A DNA stretch of 63,561 nt, filler included, from Asterionella formosa (taxonomy: Eukaryota): assembly GCA_002256025.1 (NCBI GenBank). It is 10 parts of 10 records of this genome, joined end to end, with 100 filler letters (N's around TTAATTAATTAA, not from the genome) between each part and the next. Parts side by side here need not be neighbours in the genome. Positions count along the whole stretch, not along the records: positions 25,323 to 50,534 come from NKIB01002035.1; positions 50,635 to 52,165 come from NKIB01002045.1; positions 52,266 to 53,796 come from NKIB01002047.1; positions 53,897 to 55,422 come from NKIB01002049.1; positions 55,523 to 57,050 come from NKIB01002050.1; positions 57,151 to 58,678 come from NKIB01002051.1; positions 58,779 to 60,306 come from NKIB01002052.1; 3 more parts are not named here. One strand, given 5' to 3'. The notes below the pieces were generated by a model. It saw nothing but the letters and a program-made list of their open reading frames with translations. It was not told the origin of the DNA and made no database searches. The translations under genes were made by a program, and so were the position numbers. Positions 46,959-58,789 of this stretch are shown here, one piece after another (the stretch's first letter is position 1; each line of letters begins with the position of its first letter).

Positions 46959-48377
46959 TCATTCGCCCGCGTTCAACCTTTTTTGGAGAGCATCTAAACG
47001 AGCCTCGTATTCTTCTCTCCACAATCGAGAATTAGTTGAGAAGGACTCAGCAACCTCACTCAAATTATCCAACTCATCGGGCATGGTGATGCTATCCCCC
47101 GCTTCGTTCGCAATTTGTGCTTGCGGATTAGCCATATCGACCTCGAAGCTCACAACTCGATTCGACAAAGCACTTCGAGGCCGACTGGTAAAACGTGAAC
47201 CAGGTGCAACAGCTGCATTAGTTACAATGGATGCTCCGATACTTCCAGCGACAGATACTGGATGATCCCCGTCTCCTCCTTGAAAGGACTGCACAGTCAG
47301 TGGTGACTGAGAACGACTTCGGGTAGATCTATTTTCTTCTCCCGCCGTTGATGTTCCCCTGGCCGTGACGGTTGTCGACGCCAAGGTTGAACTCGTCACG
47401 CTAGTGGCCATGCTGGAATTAGCGTCGCCTCCACCTCTGGTGGCTCGGGTGCTTGTTGCATCCGTTTCGCCAATCATGGGACTCAAGAGAATCTCGTCAA
47501 GAGAAACACCAGCGATAATTGGTCGTGATCCTTGCGGGGGAGCTGTAAAAACGAAATTGCGTTGAGAAATGCGAACTGAACGATCTCGTCAACTATGATG
47601 AAGAAGTTGGCTTTCACACTTACTAGAGTCTGATACCGAGTCATCATGGCCTGTTTGTTCGTCTTTTTCGTCGAAGTAATCTTCCAAATCACCAAGCATA
47701 CTGGGCTGCGTCACTCCACTTGCCATGCTTGCGGTACTACTGATAATATTGGGAGGTTGCTGTCGCGGTATCTCGCCAATCGTCGGAATTCTTCGAGTGC
47801 GTTGCGCCGCCTCGCGGCCTTCAACCTTCGCCTCCAACCGCAGAAGCTTCAACTCCATTGCCACCATGGTTTCTGACAGAAGGAAAAGGTGTGCATTCAA
47901 ACGTCCTTCTGCAGCTGTGCGTTTCCCGGACTCTTGAAGCAGAGCCACAAGTACATTTTCAATGTCTCCTCGCGATTGTTCCCTGGCATTCTCCAATGAC
48001 TTGTCGATGTGGTCCTTGAGTTCGCGGATGATCAGCTGCAAGTGCTTGTCCCGTGTCTTCTCTTTTGCGTGCTGGTTCTCAGTCTCTGTACTCGTTTGCA
48101 CGACAAAGTTGGTCAAGTCTTCTGTTGGATGCGACGTCGCCACGAAGCCAGATGCAACCGACTGATTACTGCCCGCAACCGAGGAATCAGCCGATTTTTC
48201 TGGTTTGTAGCGTGGATGGACTCGCACTCGCAAGTCAGGATTAGATCGAAGCAGAACATCTAGAGGCTCTTCGATACATGCAATGTATCGATGAGGATTG
48301 GCATTGTCGTCTGCTTGAATGATGGTGGTATCCTCGGATGATGCTTGATAAGGCATAGTGCCATCGCGATCTGACAT
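46959..48377 (-). CDS. Hypothetical coiled-coil, S/T-rich protein, 2 exons (intron 47543-47623)
   Basis: The GTAAGT...TTTACAG intron joins ORFs 47589-48407 and 46959-47486 in frame. Heptad-like segments. Confidence 0.75.
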
Positions 48378-49183
48378 TGTCACTCGAATGTTTATTATTG
48401 AGTTCACGTTCTTCTCGTGAGTCGTTTTGTTTTATGACATGTCGGGTGTTGGCAGATACGACTACCGCCGGTAATACCACGCACGGTACCTGGTACCGGT
48501 ATCATATTCGGAAAAGGGCATCAGTTGAAGAAAGAATGTTGCTGATGGCGTTCTCATCCTCGACATTACATACACAAGCACTTACCAGGTGAGTAATAAA
48601 TAGTGAACGAGAATTTAGAAAGCGACTCAACCGACTAGATTTGTATTTTTGGACTACGGTCACCAAAATCCAGGTCGTAAATACATACCGGCACCGGTAG
48701 TACATATATAGTGTGATGCGGTCATTTTGCTTCAACAAACAATTTAAAAGGAGCTTCATTTCTTGCCTTTGGAGGAAATGGCTCATGTCAATATCTGAAA
48801 AAGCGTCCAGGCAGGTTAAAACAGAAAAACCAGTACCCAACAAAAAAGTTCAACCATTTGGAACCAATTCCATCAATATTCATAATAATCAGCCCAGCTA
48901 CAGGTATGATTGCTGATTCATCACTATGCATGGTCAGGGTGAGCTCTTAGACTCATATAATAACTTTGTGGCCAGATAGAATCTCACGGAAGACTGCTGT
49001 CTTTCATGGTTTGTGCATGCTTTGCTTTCAATTTTCTTGATCCATATGGAATTTCACCAATTGGTAGTTCCAAACATAACATTTTTCTGGATCCAAAATC
49101 GAAATTATTTGTGCATTATATACATTAAATCTTCCTTCCATAAATTTAGTACTTTGTTTCTCTTTTCTCATAACTTTTCAATT

Positions 49184-49830
49184 CTAAACTTTCATGAATA
49201 AGTCTGGTTTTTCTTGACAGAAAAAGAACAGATGGTCCACTTGATTCGAAATACGCCCCAAAACCAGAGGCCACATGCTAACTTGCAATGAACATTCTTG
49301 TAACATGCGTCGTCCAGCTCGGTTGCGACCAAGCAGACTTTCAATAAAAGCATGTTCTACATCTGTCGCTTCGGTATTCAATATGAGAAGAGTAGTGTTC
49401 GACTCCAGTGCAACACAAAAGGGACCAGCATTCTGAATCAGGTTGCCAGAAATCTTTAGCCGTTTCATAGCTTTGTTGGTCTTGAGTGATCTAGCCAAAG
49501 AAGAAGCGCCATCATTCCCAATTATATTGCAATTCAAGTCCAAATGCTCCAGCTTGCAAGCTGAATCCAAGAGAATGGTGGCGATCACAGTTGCACCGTG
49601 GTCTCCAATGTTGTTCAAACCCAAATTTAATGTTATAATGGAGGACTTGCAAATCGATTGACACAATATTTCCATATCATGGCAGTCCAATCGGTTGTTT
49701 CTCAAATCCAACGCTCGGATGGACGATGGAATTGTTCCCATGAGGTGCAGGAAGTGTTGCAAAATCTATTTTCCCCGACATACCATAGGCCCTGAACCTA
49801 TGATTGTTTCAAGAATCGGTTATATTCGAT
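49184..49830 (-). pseudogene. 3' part of an RNI-like leucine-rich-repeat gene, truncated by a copia insertion
   Basis: LDLRNNRL, LNLGLNNIGDHGA, LDLNCNIIGNDGA, LKISGNLI, and the C-terminal cap NRAGRR...MWPLVL...FFFCQEKP typical of diatom LRR families. No ATG; in-frame stop just upstream of 49762. Confidence 0.75.
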
Positions 49831-49832
49831 TG

Positions 49833-50534
49833 AGTTGAAGGTAAGAAGAAAGTCGGATCAAACTTCGTTCTTACTAACTGGATTGTTTCGAGATAATGAT
49901 CTTGAAACAAATCTTATCTACTTCTGTGTGGTTGGTGTACCTCTACGCACCACCTCAGACCAAGTAAGTGGTACTGTCGAATCTTCTCTCCTTGTAACTA
50001 GTGTGCCAGTATCGGTACCCGGAGTTCCTGTCCCACAGTTATCAGGTCGCCATTTTTCAACACGCTCCTCGGCCGATGGCAGTGGGTTCATGGTCAGGGT
50101 GTCGATGTGTTTGTACCCTAGGATCACGTCACGGAATTTTCGAAAAAGGGCTCCTTGCAATGGTTTTGTAAAAAAATCCGCTAGCATCCGCAAAGTTGGG
50201 CAGTGTCGTATGGTAATTTTGTTGTCCTTGATGCGGTCCTTAATCCAAAAATAACGTATGTCAATATGCCTAGATTTAGGTCCTGCCGACATTCTTCCAT
50301 TCTTCTCAAGCTTGATGGCACTCTCGTTATCCTGTTCAAGGAAATTTTCAACAATCATATGTCCTTGTGCCATGAGGAACATCTTCACCCACATGACGTT
50401 AGGCAAGTAATCACTAGCTCCCACAAGTTCTGCCTCCGTCGAGCTTTTTGTATTGAGCTTTTGCTTACTTGACTTACATATGATGCCTCCAGTCCCAAAG
50501 GACATCACTCCTCCTGTGTGGCTCTTCATGTCGG
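49833..50534 (-). mobile_element. Ty1/copia 3' end (RNase H, PPT, ~230-bp 3' LTR at 50062-49833)
   Basis: KSHTGG, SSKQKLNTKSSTEAELVG, QDNESAI, SRHIDIRYF, MLADFFTKPLQG. The ORF runs through PPT GAGGAGCG into an LTR starting TGTTGAA and ending approximately TTCAACT. Confidence 0.9.
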
Positions 50535-50634
50535 NNNNNNNNNNNNNNNNNNNNNNNNNNNNNNNNNNNNNNNNNNNNTTAATTAATTAANNNNNNNNNN
50601 NNNNNNNNNNNNNNNNNNNNNNNNNNNNNNNNNN

Positions 50635-52165
50635 CCCCCCCAGAAACTTTTGATCAAAGTCACATTGGAGGACACGGGGAAAACTGCCTGTATCAACAAA
50701 AAATCGCCAGAATGCATCAGAGATAGAGGAGCTAGTGAGGTCCTTAAGGCCATAACACCAGGTCTTGCGACTGAATTGGTCAACCAGGAGAAGGCAGTAG
50801 CGGTAACCACCAGGGCTGATGCCATCACCATAGCCAATATCAACACCAACACGCTGGAGGATGGAGGAAGGGCGAGGGAGGGGTAAGCCAGAGGGACCAC
50901 GCTTCATGTTGACAACGTCGCCAACCGAGATGGGAGGCTCGAAATGTTCCGACAGGCAAATGCCATTGGCCACTTTGGTAAAGATGGAATAATTACGAAA
51001 TTTGCGGTTGCCAAAATGTTTGTGGAGATCATGGGAGGAAAAACGGCGAACCTGGGCACCAAAAGACTCAGGGCGTTCACAAGTCATAATTGGAGGGGCA
51101 GGGGCAGCAGAAGGATCCAGGGGCAGGATAATCTTGGATGATTCTGAGGAGGGGAGCCGGAGAAGGGAGGGGTCCGAGGCGGGGTGTGAAGGAGGAACAA
51201 CCCGATGGACAGGCCATGTGTGGTGGTGAAGGGCTGCACGTTTGAGTGCAAACCGAGCAATGGAGGGGGGATCGGAAAGGACTAGAACCGATGGGGACAA
51301 GGTATCATCAAAGGAGAAAGAGGAGGCTAATGGGGCAGGGGAAAAAGGAAGGAGACAATCAGAGGAGTCATCAACCGGAAGGGCAAAAGTAGGAAAATGG
51401 AGGTAGCAGCCAGAGGAGTCAGCAATGAAGGTGCACCCAGATCCACGGCGTCGGTGAACGCGGATGGAGAGGAGGGGTATATCAAGGCCAGGGACATGAA
51501 GGCAGTTCGATAACCGGACAAAGTAGTCCCCGAGTTGAATGGCAACTGTACCACGACCAAGGACGGGGGTATGATCATTGTTGGCCACCCGGACAAAACA
51601 GTGAGTAAGGGGGACATATTCAATGAAACATTGGCGGTCAGGAAACATATCAACGGAGGCCCCAGAATCTGGGCAGATTTTGTTGGAGACTGGAGTGACA
51701 TGTCGGAGGGTACCCATGCAAGTAGGGGGGACCGGGGAAGTGCGAACATGGCGAGAAGTGCCCACACTGGAAGGACAGGGATCATCAGAGTCAAGGTAAG
51801 AAAAGGCAGAATCAGGACAGTCATCCTCCGAGAAGTCCAGTGGGGCGAAAGGATTGGGTTGGGCATGAGACACCATGGAAACAGCATGGCAGGCAGCAGC
51901 AGAGGGAGTGGAAGAGACCAAAGGAGGAATAGGCGCCGCTGGAGAAGAGGACTCAGCAGGTGGCACCACAGGTGGAGAAGGAGGAAGAACATCGCCAACC
52001 AACCGGCCAGAACCAAGAAGACCACTACCAGCAGGGTGGGTAGAGGAGGATGTGGTGGGGCGTGGGGCGGTGGAGGGGGGACCACCACCAGAGGAGGAGA
52101 GAGGTTTGGGAACAATGGAGAAGCGGGAGGTAACCAGACTACATGCAGCAAGGTCATGATGATTG
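50635..52165 (-). mobile_element. Ty1/copia gag-pol internal fragment (knuckle end, protease, pre-integrase, integrase N-part)
   Basis: Open frame across the whole contig: HHDLAAC, ICPDSGASVDMF, VRVANN...GRGTV, LHVPGL..PLLSI, LHKHFG, GYRYCLLLVDQFSRKTW, LQCDFD. Confidence 0.9.
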
Positions 52166-52265
52166 NNNNNNNNNNNNNNNNNNNNNNNNNNNNNNNNNNN
52201 NNNNNNNNNTTAATTAATTAANNNNNNNNNNNNNNNNNNNNNNNNNNNNNNNNNNNNNNNNNNNN

Positions 52266-52975
52266 AAGGAATAGTGTGTTTCAGTAAGAATGCTGCCTGA
52301 AACGTCCAAGAATTTTTGGATAGATAACTTCCTGAGGTACCTAAAATACATGTGTGTGCTCTTCACCACCCCATTACGACTGAAGGTGTTGAGCCATTTA
52401 TGTCAGATGTTGATCTAGAGGTGTTAGTTCAAAATCGAAGCGCAGGTGTCCTGTTCTTGGGACAACAATATCGAAGACTAGCTACCATACATCAATTGAA
52501 AACGAGTAGGAAGAAGCTTTGGCTCCCAGGGTACAAGTTAAATACCACTGAATTCGATATTCTTAAAGGGAAGGTTGAGAAAGAGCTTGGTATCGCTAAA
52601 TGTGAATCTGATCCCTTAGTTGAAGTTATATATTCCCATTCATTTTCAGATTATGCCAGACTCCTTAAGCAGAACATCAAAATTGTTGATTTATGGGCTG
52701 CTACTGCCAACAATGCCATCCTTGAAGAAGCCATTGGCCTTCAGATTCCCATGCTAATTCGGCGAATCGACAGTACTGAAGAATACCTTGGCAATTCCTA
52801 CCCCCTTTTTTTTGACACAACAGAAGAACTGGCATTACTCCTTGTTGATTCATCAGAGTTAGGCAAGAAGCTTCGACTAGCAAACATTTACATGAAGGAC
52901 ATGGATTTAAGTGGGCTCACATTGGAAAAATTCAGGAAGGATTTAATAGGATGTGCAGACAAAAATTTGAGTTAA
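52266..52975 (+). pseudogene. 3' fragment of a glycosyltransferase-like (GT-B type) gene with in-frame stops
   Basis: DYARLLKQNIKIVDLWAATANNAILE...PMLIRRIDSTEEYLGNSYPLFF motif. In-frame TGA 52298 and TAA 52325 lie upstream in the same frame. Confidence 0.5.
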
Positions 52976-53341
52976 ATTATATTTGGTTGTAGCTACTCTT
53001 GAAGAAAGCCACTTGCTTTTGCTCTCTTGTTGGTATCAAAGATGCGGACAAGTTCAATAGTAACTACAAGTACAGCATACCAAATGCAGAAACAAGCAAC
53101 ATGAAAAAGAAATTGTAATCAGAATCATTCTATACCTATAGCTATGTGGACAGTAGTCTGTTACATTTTCGTATCTCCTTCTATGCTGAATCTCAATAGT
53201 ACATGTAGTATCATATGAGAATTGAAAATGAAGTGAAAGAGGTAACGATGGAGAAGGACGACGAGGACGAACGAGGAGGAGGAGAGTAGTGTGAGTCGAT
53301 TAACAAACCTGACAAGCTCAAAAAGAGTTTGGAAGGGGGTA

Positions 53342-53796
53342 TGTTAAAAGAGTGATTAGATTAGTTTAACCCGACTGGAATAACGAGTCACACGAGTACA
53401 CAATACTTCATGCGTCAGACAAAAAGATAGATCAGAAGGACAGACTTGCGATTTATAACATCCCCCCGTCTCTCGAAGAAGAAAAAGAAAGAGAAAGAAA
53501 ATGAATGCAATAGTTGTCAGAGGACGGAAGAACATGGATGAGAAAGAGCCCGATGACCAGCATCAATGAAAGAATATCCCATAATGATCATGCAGTGAGC
53601 ACTGAGAGTAGCAAATGGTAAAGCTTTGGTGAAGTGGTCCGCATAATTGTGAGCAGATGACACACGGTGAAAAGAGACTCGACCATGGCGAACATGTTCC
53701 TGGAGAGGCTGTGTCTTGGTGGCTATATAACGAACATTGCGAGTGAGTTTACGAGCGTGAGCAATAATTTGTGCAGCTGAGTTATCTTCACCGATA
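53342..53796 (-). mobile_element. Ty1/copia 3' end (RNase H C-terminus, PPT, LTR starting at 53460)
   Basis: GEDNSAAQIIA..KLTRNVRYIATK...NYADHFTKAL. PPT GACGGGGGGA, then TGTTA. Candidate LTR end TAACA at 53342. Confidence 0.8.
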
Positions 53797-53898
53797 NNNN
53801 NNNNNNNNNNNNNNNNNNNNNNNNNNNNNNNNNNNNNNNNTTAATTAATTAANNNNNNNNNNNNNNNNNNNNNNNNNNNNNNNNNNNNNNNNNNNNCT

Positions 53899-54051
53899 GA
53901 GAAAGTGATGATGTCAGCTCATACCACTGGAAGGGGCATGGTGAGGGAGTTTCCAGGGGGTGAAGAGGGACGAACACAAGCCGAAACCTTTTGTAATGCT
54001 TTGCGCAACGAAGATGTCTTGGTCGAGGTGGAACAAATCAAGAGTTACTAG
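53899..54051 (+). CDS. 3' end of a ClpS-family adaptor protein gene (5' part cut off by the contig edge)
   Basis: EKVMMSAHTTGRGMVREF..QAETFCNALRNEDVLVEVEQ matches the ClpS C-terminal pattern (A..xMxxAHxxGxxxV...AExxCxxLR). Too short to appear in the ORF track. Confidence 0.6.
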   Translation, partial: EKVMMSAHTTGRGMVREFPGGEEGRTQAETFCNALRNEDVLVEVEQIKSY

Positions 54052-54344
54052 TATCTGTAATATCAAAAAATGTCTGTCAGTCAGAGAGTTTTGTTTAGCT
54101 GACTGAGGACATGTGTGTCATTTGCTACATTGATTACCGGTAAACCCTAATGATCTTTATTCATACATGGATTTATCTGTCCCGTCACTTTTCTCGACTT
54201 GAATCTGATGAAGCAATCTGAAATCATGAATCTGGTGCAGTCTGATCTCATCAATGGCAGTTTCGCTCAGGAGGGGGAAAGGCGACCTCTGTACCACCCG
54301 TACTTACTACCAGGTAGTCCACCATGTAACATACCTCGTAACAT

Positions 54345-55422
54345 ACCGGTACCACTTAAAAACTGTAAGCCACCGCTACGGCGACTTTTGAACTGTAAGC
54401 CACCGCTAAACGGAGTAAACGCACGGTTTGAACTTAGTTTACAAGATACGCTATTTATTGTCACGAACGAGTTGTTCAGATTTATATAGCGAGTAAATAC
54501 TTCCGTACTTGTATTGTTGCATTGTGTACATTGTTAATTAGGTATTATCGCCCAAAGGTTGCTGTCGACGTGAAATTGCGAAAATTGGATATTCACGTTT
54601 ACTCGATTGAGCAAGCATCACCTTTTATATACGTATGCAGGTATGTGAATATTCCTCCTCTAGAAAACTAATTTAGTATCCTCTAAAATTTATTTAATAT
54701 GACTACGACGGCATTGCGCTTTCGCTCGTGCGCCATAATAAAGAGATAATTTCATTAATGGAAAACGTCAAATAGGAATTCCTGGTGCGCCCGAATTATG
54801 AGTACAAAAATTAAATGCAAACATACAACAATCACCCATCACCCATCACCCATCACAACACCAACACCATGACCTCGAAAGCGCCTCGACAAGGCAATGC
54901 CTTGCCTCGAAAGAAATTGTCTCCTGAAGAGTTGGTCAGTGTTCAGTTTTGTCTTAACAATGTGATTAGGGAGCTATAAGCTAAGAAGGCTAAGAATGGT
55001 GGAAAAATGCCTTATGGTGCTATTTCTAGGACAGTATCAGCTAAGCAATGCATTTTCCCTTGGATATCTGTTAACCAAGTGAAGAATGAACTAAAACAAA
55101 GTGCTAAACTAGAAGTTAAGTCTAGTACTACTAGTATGTATACTACTTCTGGTTCGTCCCTCTTTCAGCCATCAACTGCAACCATGGTGTCTACATTGAC
55201 ACCTGACCATTGTGGCCCTACTAAACCCCAACTCTTGAATGCTGATGGCAGCTTTGCCTTGTTATTTCCCAGTAATCTCATTCATAATTCATATAAAATT
55301 GTCGAGGAGGAAGAAGATGACAACAATGAAGGTGTGAGTGAGCATTATGATAGTCAGTTTACAATGATGGGCACTTTGGCATATGAAACTGGAAACAATG
55401 GTGTGCTTACCTGGGGAAGTTT
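54345..55422 (+). mobile_element. 5' part of a decayed DNA transposon (pogo/Tc1-like) with subterminal 18-bp direct repeats
   Basis: AACTGTAAGCCACCGCTA at 54361-54378 and 54391-54408. ORF from ATG 54869 with TAA at 54977, then KNGGKMPYGAISRTV...FPWISVNQVKN, resembling N-termini of diatom DDE transposases. Confidence 0.5.
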
Positions 55423-56485
55423 NNNNNNNNNNNNNNNNNNNNNNNNNNNNNNNNNNNNNNNNNNNNTTAATTAATTAANNNNNNNNNNNNNNNNNNNNNN
55501 NNNNNNNNNNNNNNNNNNNNNNTTTGGAGAGTTTTTGTCTTTGGACGAATACAATGTGATTGAAACCTTTCCCTCAAATGAGTTACCGAAAAAATCATGG
55601 CAATGGATGGAATGTATGTAATGCAAAACTTCCATTTTCCTGAAATCGACATGATCTGGAAGTCTGGTCAAATAGTGTTTGGTTTTCAGGTACCTATATC
55701 AAAATACCACAATATGTCGGAACAATTTACAGAAGTGTGTGACAAGGTTGGATGGCTAACAAAGCTTATGAAGGTGTATCTGCTCTGTTTAAGTCCTGAA
55801 CAAAGAATTGCTCAATATTCCTGAAATCCAGGGGCCAATCACAGTTATTGCGTTATGCATAAGCAGGATACCCTAGTAAGCTCTATAGAATTGCCATTAT
55901 TTTAAATCAAACATATGATTCATGCTTTCAATTTTAAAGGGTCAAGTCTTAGAAAAAATTATTTTGGAGTGATCTGTCAGGCCTTTGTGGCATGAAGTTT
56001 GGGATTAACAATTTGGCAATTAGGGTAACAGTTGATGATTGAGGATAGCTAGTATAGACAGTTCAGTACAAATTTATTGCAATGATTATCATGGTTGTCT
56101 ACAGATCAAAATATGGTAGTAATCATACTTAAATTTATATGTGTCATTTGCTAGAATTCATACTATGGTAAAGTTGCTAGTTGTCACAGCAGCAGAGAGG
56201 GGACTACATCACAATAAGGTACTAATAGTACCAGATAGATTGGAGAGAGTTAATACCTGACAAGCCCAAGATGCAACTTCCAAGATTCGTTGGTCTGGTT
56301 TCTGCTCAATTGAATTTTCGGTGGACAAGGTACCGTCGCTTTCCCTCTGTTGATTTTTTAATGGAAGCCAGCAAAGATGATGAACTCCACAATAATCTCG
56401 CCTTGACATCATGTAGACTGAGGGTCGAGGGGTGATCATTCAAGTGCACAAATGCGCTCTGTATCTTCGAATTACAGCGCCGTAG

Positions 56486-57050
56486 AACGCCTGTACAGGG
56501 CCGTCCAGTCCCTCCTCTGTATTGTCCTCAATAGGCTCTGACTGCTTTAGTTGAGGCCATCAGAGTCAATTTGAACACAATGATGTGCATGTGTAGTATG
56601 AGTAGCAGCCGTCACGGCAGTGTCATCAAGCCAAATGATTTCCGTGTACTAGAAAAAAATTAATTGGTGGTTTGTATGAAGGCTATGTAGGCTAGGGTTT
56701 AAGGGTTTATAAAAAGAGGGGGACGAAATATCGAAATAGGGGGACGAAATATCTTTTTCCTATTTTATTTATTGGAAAAAGATATTTTGTCCCCCGCCTC
56801 TTTTTACAAAAAAAAACTTTTAAACCCTAGCCTACATAGTTACATAGTAGCCTTCATATAAACCACCAATATTTTTTGCTACATGGAAATCAGTTGGCTC
56901 GATGACACTGCCATGACGGCTGCTACTCATACTACTCATACATGCACAGCATCATTGTGTTCGAATCGACTCTGATGCCTCAACCATAGCTGTTGGAGCA
57001 TATTGAGTGGACAATACAGAGGAGGGACTGGACGGCCCTATACAGGCGTT
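56486..57050. repeat. Long imperfect palindrome (arms ~275 bp, ~13-bp spacer)
   Basis: 56486-56760 is the reverse complement, with substitutions and indels, of 56774-57050 (for example AACGCCTGTACAGGGCCGTCCAGTCCCTCCTCTGTATTGTCC versus GGACAATACAGAGGAGGGACTGGACGGCCCTATACAGGCGTT). The right arm runs off the contig. Confidence 0.92.
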
Positions 57051-58789
57051 NNNNNNNNNNNNNNNNNNNNNNNNNNNNNNNNNNNNNNNNNNNNTTAATT
57101 AATTAANNNNNNNNNNNNNNNNNNNNNNNNNNNNNNNNNNNNNNNNNNNNTTTTTTTGTCTTGCCTTTTGGTCATTCTTGCCAACACTAACACAAGTGAT
57201 CTACCTTGTTCTACAGAATTGAAAATTATGCGTGGAAGCTCAGATAAATGAGGTAAGGACGGCCAACCAATATTGTTTTGCGTGTCGATCGTTGTATTAT
57301 CAATTAAGCCATTTTAACATATTGCTTTTATATCTCCCCTGACTATTTGCAGCAGTCTTGTTTGCTTGTCAGCCAACTACAATCAGCCAGATGCTGTGTT
57401 ATAGCAGCTAATGCTATCTTCTTTGGATAGAAAGTTGTGGGATAATGATTGGAAGATTGCCCACGCAAGGAAGCAAAGCAGTGATATCAGCATGCTGTTC
57501 AGCAATTTATGCAACCCACTGGTATTAGTAGTGTCACTAGCTAGTCATGTAATGTAAATATAATTCTGTTAGATAGAACAAAAATATTAATATTGCAATA
57601 GTATTTCCATTTTGCTTTGCTCATTCATAGAAATTACAGTTGATAATGGCGAACAAAAATCATGGTCATTGATCCAGAAATTATGTGATCAGACATACAA
57701 AAATATTGTTAGTTGGCCCCAAAAATTATGTCGGTTTCTAAAATAATTATGGAACTTGTCGAAACTATTTTAGTTCACTCTTAACATATATATTATGTGA
57801 TGTCATACCCTTAAATTATGTATGTAGCCAAATTCATCATATTGAGCCACCCAAATAATAAATTTGGGTGATCATATTTGACTAGCCTTTTTTTCTTGCA
57901 GCTGTACCAATAATCGGCGTTGTAGATGTATGTTGATAGCATTATAGGGTATATATACATTCAGTGATGATATTGTTTATATATATATTTAGCGAATTCG
58001 AAAAGGAATCTATGTACGTATGCGCAAATTTCCACTGATTTAATTATTTCAAATGGAATCACGTCATTCAAAAATAGCTAATAAAATTCTTAATTCCAGG
58101 GAATTTTGGCAAGCCTAAGCAATATTTTAATTTTTGCCTAGGGTTTCAAATGCAGCAACCTTAAGCCAGTGCAACAGGGGGATGCATACCACATAGAGGT
58201 ACTGGTACAAGTTGCGGTAATTATGCTGCAGCTAAATGTTTAGCTATCTTTATCCCATATTAGATTGTTTGTTGAAGCAAAATGACCGCAACTTGCTGGT
58301 ACTTACCAGCCTGGTAACCAGATAGTACCGGTATTCCCCATGGGTTTTTTGCCAGGATACCAGGTACCGGTACTCGAGGAACGGCAAATTATTTAGGCAC
58401 GCTCCATCAGCCATCATGCATATGAATCATGTATGGTTACGGTATACCAGGTAGAGAGTACATACCAGGTTTTCAAAAGGTGTATTTAATAACACTCATG
58501 ACAAGTGCTTTACTAACACATGACACAATCCATCCTCGAAAATGTATAAATTTATCTAGAAAAAGTATGTTCTGCTGTGGCCCATTGAAATCACTTTTTA
58601 ACTGTTTTATTATCATTGTATCTTCGTCTGATTCATTGTTCAATGTTTCTTTAACATGACAGCTTGATCAATCAATGCNNNNNNNNNNNNNNNNNNNNNN
58701 NNNNNNNNNNNNNNNNNNNNNNTTAATTAATTAANNNNNNNNNNNNNNNNNNNNNNNNNNNNNNNNNNNNNNNNNNNNTGCAATCAGGA

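Noticed and set aside
54200..54255. Possible box C/D snoRNA (TGATGA...CTGA...CTGA)
   Set aside because: Box C is imperfect, the terminal stem is weak, and I could not identify an rRNA-complementary guide.
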